From assembly GCA_016218155.1 (NCBI GenBank), contig JACREQ010000012.1, positions 15,064 to 79,063 of the forward strand: a DNA stretch of 64,000 nucleotides, read 5' to 3'. A program made the position numbers and the translations under genes. The notes under the pieces were generated by a model. That model had not been told where the DNA came from and searched no databases. It worked only from the letters and a program-made list of their open reading frames with translations. Below are positions 59,587-64,000 of this stretch, piece after piece. Source of the DNA: Bacteroidia bacterium (GTDB lineage Bacteria; Bacteroidota; Bacteroidia; Bacteroidales; GWA2-32-17). Positions within the stretch are counted from its first letter, which is position 1, and each line of letters opens with the position of its first letter.

Positions 59587-61206
59587 ATGAAAAAGATAAT
59601 TATGCTGGCATTGGCAAGCTTAATGTTTGCTCAGATTTTTGCAATTAATGATCCTAAAACAATGAAGACTACTATTAAAGACATTACTATCTTTCTTAGT
59701 GGTGCTCAAATTTCAAGAATTGGTACTGCTCAGCTTCCGGCAGGAAACAGCTTTGTAATAATAAGAGATCTGCCACAGGATTTAAACCCTCAATCTGTTC
59801 AGGTTAATGGTAAAGGTGATTTTACTATTATGTCTGTTGTTCACCAGATAAATTATTTAAAAGAACAGGAAAAGACTAAAGAAATTATTGCTTTGGAAGA
59901 TAGTTTGGAAAGTATTAAAGATAAAATTAATTACGAAAACGGAATGTTATACGTTTATAACAACGAAGAGGGAATGATACTAACAAATAAATCTCTTGCA
60001 GGTCAGAATACAGGTGTTAGTATTGCAGCGTTAAAAGAAGCAAGTGATTTTTATAGAAATCGTTTAGCTGATATAAAAACAAAACAACTTGCAATAAATA
60101 AAAAGGTTTTAAAATACAATGAACGAATGAATGTTATACTCAATCAACTTGCTGCGCTAAATGCCAAAAAGAATATTCCTACTTCTGAAGTTGTTGTTAT
60201 GGTAAATGCCGATCAGTCTGTTAATGCTGCTTTTACTGTAAGCTACATTGTTAGCACTGCAGGGTGGAGTCCTTCATATGATTTACGTGCAAAAGATATT
60301 AATAACCCGATTGAGATTGCTTATAAAGCTAATGTATATCAGACTACCGGCGAAGACTGGGAAAAAGTAAAACTTACATTGTCAACTGCAAATCCTTCAG
60401 TTAGCGGAACAAAACCAAATATTAATCCATGGTATCTTGGATTTTATGAGCCATATACATATTCTTATGAAATAAATAAAGAGAAAGCAAAAGGAGAGGT
60501 AATGAAATCTGAAGCTGCACCTGCATCAATGGCTATGAACGAAGTAAGTGTTATGGATGCTAAAACAAGCAGTTCATATACATCCGTAACAGAAAGTACA
60601 ACAAATATTGAATTTGAAATTTCTCAGCCTTATGATATTCCTGCAAACGGAAATGCCTATACTGTTGAAATGACTAAAACAACTTTACCTGCAACTTATG
60701 AATATTATGCTGCACCAAAAATTGATAAAGATGCATTTTTGTTAGCAAAAGTAACAGGGTGGGAGAGTTTGAATATGCTACCTGGCAATATCTTTCTTTA
60801 TTTTGAGGGAACATATATCGGACAATCATATTTTGATGCACGCAACTTAAACGATACTCTTGATTTATCTCTTGGCAGGGATAAAAATATTGTAATTAAA
60901 CGCGAAAAAATGAAAGATTATGCAAGTCGTAAACTTGTTGGCACTAACCAAAAAGATACAAGAGGGTTTGAAATTTCTGTACGTAATAAAAAGAGTCAAC
61001 CCATAACAATAGTTATAGAAGACCAATTACCAATTTCAACAAACAAAGAAATTGAAATTGAAAGAATAGATATTTCTAATGCAAAAGTTAAAGAAGAATC
61101 TGCACTTTTAAGCTGGAAGCTAGAGTTGAAACCTGCCGAAACAAAGAAATTTAAACTTGTTTATGCTGTTAAATATCCTAAGGATAAAACGGTGGTTTTA
61201 GAGTAA
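59587..61206 (+). CDS. DUF4139/DUF4140 (MuiA-like) exported protein
   Basis: Signal peptide, TIFLSGAQISR, coiled coil, AGWSPSYDLR, QTTGEDW...LTLST, DQLPIS. Confidence 0.88.
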   Translation: MKKIIMLALASLMFAQIFAINDPKTMKTTIKDITIFLSGAQISRIGTAQLPAGNSFVIIRDLPQDLNPQSVQVNGKGDFTIMSVVHQINYLKEQEKTKEIIALEDSLESIKDKINYENGMLYVYNNEEGMILTNKSLAGQNTGVSIAALKEASDFYRNRLADIKTKQLAINKKVLKYNERMNVILNQLAALNAKKNIPTSEVVVMVNADQSVNAAFTVSYIVSTAGWSPSYDLRAKDINNPIEIAYKANVYQTTGEDWEKVKLTLSTANPSVSGTKPNINPWYLGFYEPYTYSYEINKEKAKGEVMKSEAAPASMAMNEVSVMDAKTSSSYTSVTESTTNIEFEISQPYDIPANGNAYTVEMTKTTLPATYEYYAAPKIDKDAFLLAKVTGWESLNMLPGNIFLYFEGTYIGQSYFDARNLNDTLDLSLGRDKNIVIKREKMKDYASRKLVGTNQKDTRGFEISVRNKKSQPITIVIEDQLPISTNKEIEIERIDISNAKVKEESALLSWKLELKPAETKKFKLVYAVKYPKDKTVVLE

Positions 61207-61236
61207 TTTTTTTATAAAAAGGATTACAGGATCTGG

Positions 61237-61851
61237 CTTATAAGCTAGTTAGTAGCTGTTTTAGGACAACACCTACAGCAAACTTTAAATTGACAAATAA
61301 CAATGACAGAAGAAACTAAAATGACATTTGAAATTTTAAAAATTGGTATTTCGCTTTTGACACCAATTTTGGTTTTAGTTGCGGGTTTACTGATTTCAAG
61401 AAAACTTGAAAAAAACAAACTTGAAGTATTAAAAGAAAAAGAGTGGCAAGTCAAATGGGCTGAATTGTTTTTTAAACAAGCGACCTTTTTTAGCGAAAAT
61501 GTTTCAACCATCATATTTTCGCTACACAGTTTACAAAACGAAAAAAACAAAAACGAAATTGATAAGTTTAATGGGACAATTAAAACCTCGTTTTTAAAAC
61601 TTTTGGAAATTAATTGGGACATTCAGAATTATGCGCAATTCTCTAAAAACTACGGACAAGCAATGACTTTATCTCAAACAAAGTTAATGGACAGTATCAG
61701 AGAACTCATATCAAAAGGACAAGGTAATTTAGAGGAAGTTAGAAAACAACAATTTGAATATAATGACTTTGTGAGAAAAGCTCACAGCGAAATTTTGAAA
61801 ATGAAATAAAAACAGCCACAAACACCATGTTTCAATCGTTATAGGCAAGTT
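61237..61851 (+). mobile_element. Integron-like gene cassette with collapsed attC-like site
   Basis: CTTATAAGCTA-GTTAGTAGCTGTTT (61237-61261) before the gene and AAACAGCCACAAAC (61810-61823) directly after the stop (12/14 inverted match), then a new core-like GTTATAGGCAAGTT (61838-61851). Confidence 0.6.
61303..61809 (+). CDS. Hypothetical protein, N-terminal TM helix plus helical domain
   Basis: 168-aa ORF, single hydrophobic helix ISLLTPILVLVAGLLIS followed by charged helices. Confidence 0.75.
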   Translation: MTEETKMTFEILKIGISLLTPILVLVAGLLISRKLEKNKLEVLKEKEWQVKWAELFFKQATFFSENVSTIIFSLHSLQNEKNKNEIDKFNGTIKTSFLKLLEINWDIQNYAQFSKNYGQAMTLSQTKLMDSIRELISKGQGNLEEVRKQQFEYNDFVRKAHSEILKMK

Positions 61852-61922
61852 TATGAAATCAGCAAGACAAAAGAAAGAAAATCAGAAATAATTGTAAAAA
61901 AAAAACAGCTAAAAATAACAAG

Positions 61923-63314
61923 ATGAAAAAGAATTATTTAATCTTAATTATTATTTTAACCTCATTTTTAACTGCAAATGCTCAATACACTAAACTTTTC
62001 GACTTTGAAGGTTCTGCAAGTGGGTGTAATCCTGAAGGGACATTAATTTCAGATGGGACTTATTTATATGGAATGACTTCAACGGGTGGTACAAACAATT
62101 TTGGTACAATTTATAAAATAAAGTTTGATGGTACAGGTTATTATAAATTACTTGACTTTAATGGCGCAGTTAATGGTAAAGAGCCATTTGGTTCTCTTAT
62201 TCTTGATGGAGTATTTCTCTATGGAATGACACATGGTGGAGGTGTTAATGATATGGGTACAATTTTTAGAATAAAGACAAATGGTACAAGTTATTTTAAA
62301 CTTTTGGACTTTTCAGGTACTTCAAACGGAAAAGGGCCTTTGGGCTCACTTATTTTAAATGGCTTATATCTTTATGGTATGACACAAGAGGGTGGTACAA
62401 ATAATATGGGCAAAATCTTTAAAATAAAACCTGATGGGACAGGCTATTCCACACTTTTAAATTTTGCCGGTATTACAAATGGTAATGGACCTGCTGGGAC
62501 TCTAATTTTTGATGGAACTTTTTTCTATGGAACTACTATATACGGTGGAACTAATAATAATGGAACAATCTTTAAAATAAAACCAGATGGAACTGGATAT
62601 TTGAAACTTCTAGACTTAGATGGTGTAAATAATGGAATGGGGCTTGTTTGTTCACTTATTTCTGATGGTACATTTCTTTATGGGATGACAGTTTATGGCG
62701 GTTTAAACAATTTGGGAACAATTTTTAAAATCAAACCAGATGGAACTGGCTATTTAAAGCTTAGGGATTTCGATGACAATGTGAATGGTTATAAGCCTTT
62801 TGGTTCTCTTACATTTGTTGGAACTGTACTTTACGGAATGACTTCTTATAGTGGAACAAATAGCCACGGTATAATCTTTAAAGTAAAACCTGATGGAAGT
62901 GACTATTTAAAACTATTAGATTTTGCAGGTATTTCAAATGGAAGTTTTCCGTATGCTTCTTCCTTATTTTATAATGGGACTTCGCTTTATGGTGTAACAG
63001 AGGGTGGTGGTACAAACCAAATGGGAACAATTTTTAAATATGACATTGTCATTGGCATAGATGATAATCAGTTAGAATCTGAAATTAATACATTCCCTAA
63101 TCCTAACAATGGACTATTCATAGTTAAAAAAGAAGTTGAAAATACAATTGACAAAATTGAAATATACAATATTCTTGGAGAAAAAATTTATTTTTCAAAC
63201 ATTATGCAAAATAATGCAGTTGAAATAAATATAACTAATTCTCCTAATGGAATATACTTTGTAAAAATTTATGAAAAAGAGAGATTCCATATAGAGAAAA
63301 TTTTGAAACATTAG
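61923..63314 (+). CDS. Gloeo/Verruco (GloVer) repeat beta-propeller protein with T9SS type-A domain
   Basis: Signal peptide; seven ~51-aa repeats (Y.KLLDF.G..NG..P.GSL..DG..LYGMT..GG.N..GTIFKIKPDGTG); C-terminal FPNPNNG...GIYFVKI. Confidence 0.88.
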   Translation: MKKNYLILIIILTSFLTANAQYTKLFDFEGSASGCNPEGTLISDGTYLYGMTSTGGTNNFGTIYKIKFDGTGYYKLLDFNGAVNGKEPFGSLILDGVFLYGMTHGGGVNDMGTIFRIKTNGTSYFKLLDFSGTSNGKGPLGSLILNGLYLYGMTQEGGTNNMGKIFKIKPDGTGYSTLLNFAGITNGNGPAGTLIFDGTFFYGTTIYGGTNNNGTIFKIKPDGTGYLKLLDLDGVNNGMGLVCSLISDGTFLYGMTVYGGLNNLGTIFKIKPDGTGYLKLRDFDDNVNGYKPFGSLTFVGTVLYGMTSYSGTNSHGIIFKVKPDGSDYLKLLDFAGISNGSFPYASSLFYNGTSLYGVTEGGGTNQMGTIFKYDIVIGIDDNQLESEINTFPNPNNGLFIVKKEVENTIDKIEIYNILGEKIYFSNIMQNNAVEINITNSPNGIYFVKIYEKERFHIEKILKH

Positions 63315-63418
63315 ATATTATAGCTATTCGTAATTTAGGTTTATTTGGAAAATGTCTCCAACTTTTTGTGAAGCATACACGCTTGTGACTAAAGTACTAA
63401 TAATAACAAATTGTACTA

Positions 63419-63868
63419 ATGAGCAAAAATCAAATAATAAAAGAAAAACTAAAAAACGGCTTTAATTGTGCACAAATTGTTGCTGCCGAATTTTCTGATA
63501 AAGTAAATGTAAACGAAAAAACAATTTTAGCAGCAACTGCAGCTTTTGGTGGTGGTATTAGCAGGCAAGCCAAGACTTGCGGCGCATTAACCGGAGGTGC
63601 AGTTGTATTAGGTTTAGCAAAAGGTAATACAGAAGCAATGGATACTGCTTCAAAAGATTTAACTTATAATTCAGTTCAAGATTTATTTTCGCAATTTGTT
63701 AAAATACATGGTTCAACTTCGTGTAAGGAATTATTAGATTGTGATATAAGTACATCCGAAGGTCTGGCAATACATAAAACGGGCTGTAATGCCGAAAAGT
63801 GTGAAAAATATATTGAGACCTCAATAGAAATACTAGAGAAAATTTTTGAAAGGTTTAACCAGAAATGA
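63419..63868 (+). CDS. C-GCAxxG-C-C family putative redox protein
   Basis: GFNCAQ, FGGG, TCGALTG, STSCKELL, CEKY. Confidence 0.88.
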   Translation: MSKNQIIKEKLKNGFNCAQIVAAEFSDKVNVNEKTILAATAAFGGGISRQAKTCGALTGGAVVLGLAKGNTEAMDTASKDLTYNSVQDLFSQFVKIHGSTSCKELLDCDISTSEGLAIHKTGCNAEKCEKYIETSIEILEKIFERFNQK

Positions 63869-64000
63869 AGTATTAACAAAGAGTAATGTCAAATCTGGAG
63901 GTACTTTATCAAAAACTATTTAAAGATTGTTAATGATTATATTTTTTATTACTGCATATTTAACATTATCCAAGTTTTAGATATTATCTTATAATAATGA

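Noticed and set aside
63315..63418. attC-like site closing the GloVer cassette
   Set aside because: No complement of GTTATAGGCAAGTT after the stop and no convincing hairpin; possibly eroded but unsupported
1172..63879. Many 60-170 aa antisense or out-of-frame ORFs in the ORF track (e.g. 12320-12685, 14736-15164, 36557-36922, 56677-57177, 61245-61622)
   Set aside because: They lie inside well-supported genes and have no motifs; shadow ORFs
1..64000. CRISPR array, tRNA/rRNA genes, transposase, integrase or prophage genes
   Set aside because: No regularly spaced direct repeats with unique spacers and no recognisable motifs; the repeats found are coding (TPR, GloVer) or short REP/heptamer types

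Overview
AT-rich chromosomal segment of a Bacteroidota genome (probably Bacteroidales-like), judged from TAnnTTTG -7 promoter boxes, several T9SS type-A C-terminal sorting domains and typical gene order. The backbone is housekeeping: PduO-type adenosyltransferase, rnpB, kdsA, dcp, recO, a GH3/serine-hydrolase fusion, nrfA, dapA, a bacterial ceramide-synthase-like GNAT, lysS, lipB-recJ and purH-mreBCD-mrdA-rodA. Accessory secreted and surface proteins are interspersed. Main candidates for a second look: (1) a three-gene operon at 11788-20057 encoding an exported hypothetical protein, a beta-propeller sensor/PP2C (SpoIIE) phosphatase and an exported TPR-CHAT caspase-like protease, possibly an extracytoplasmic proteolytic signalling system; (2) two integron-cassette-like insertions (about 49.1-50.0 kb and 61.2-63.3 kb) with core/inverse-core inverted repeats and a shared upstream CTTATAARCTAG motif, with no integrase in the window; (3) REP-like repeats, one nested and one beside a 26-bp relic of a second CHAT gene end; (4) an unannotated 55-aa basic/hydrophobic small ORF; (5) a truncated T9SS-cargo paralog. 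No CRISPR array, tRNA, rRNA, transposase or integrase was seen. All family assignments come from motif recognition by eye, not database searches.
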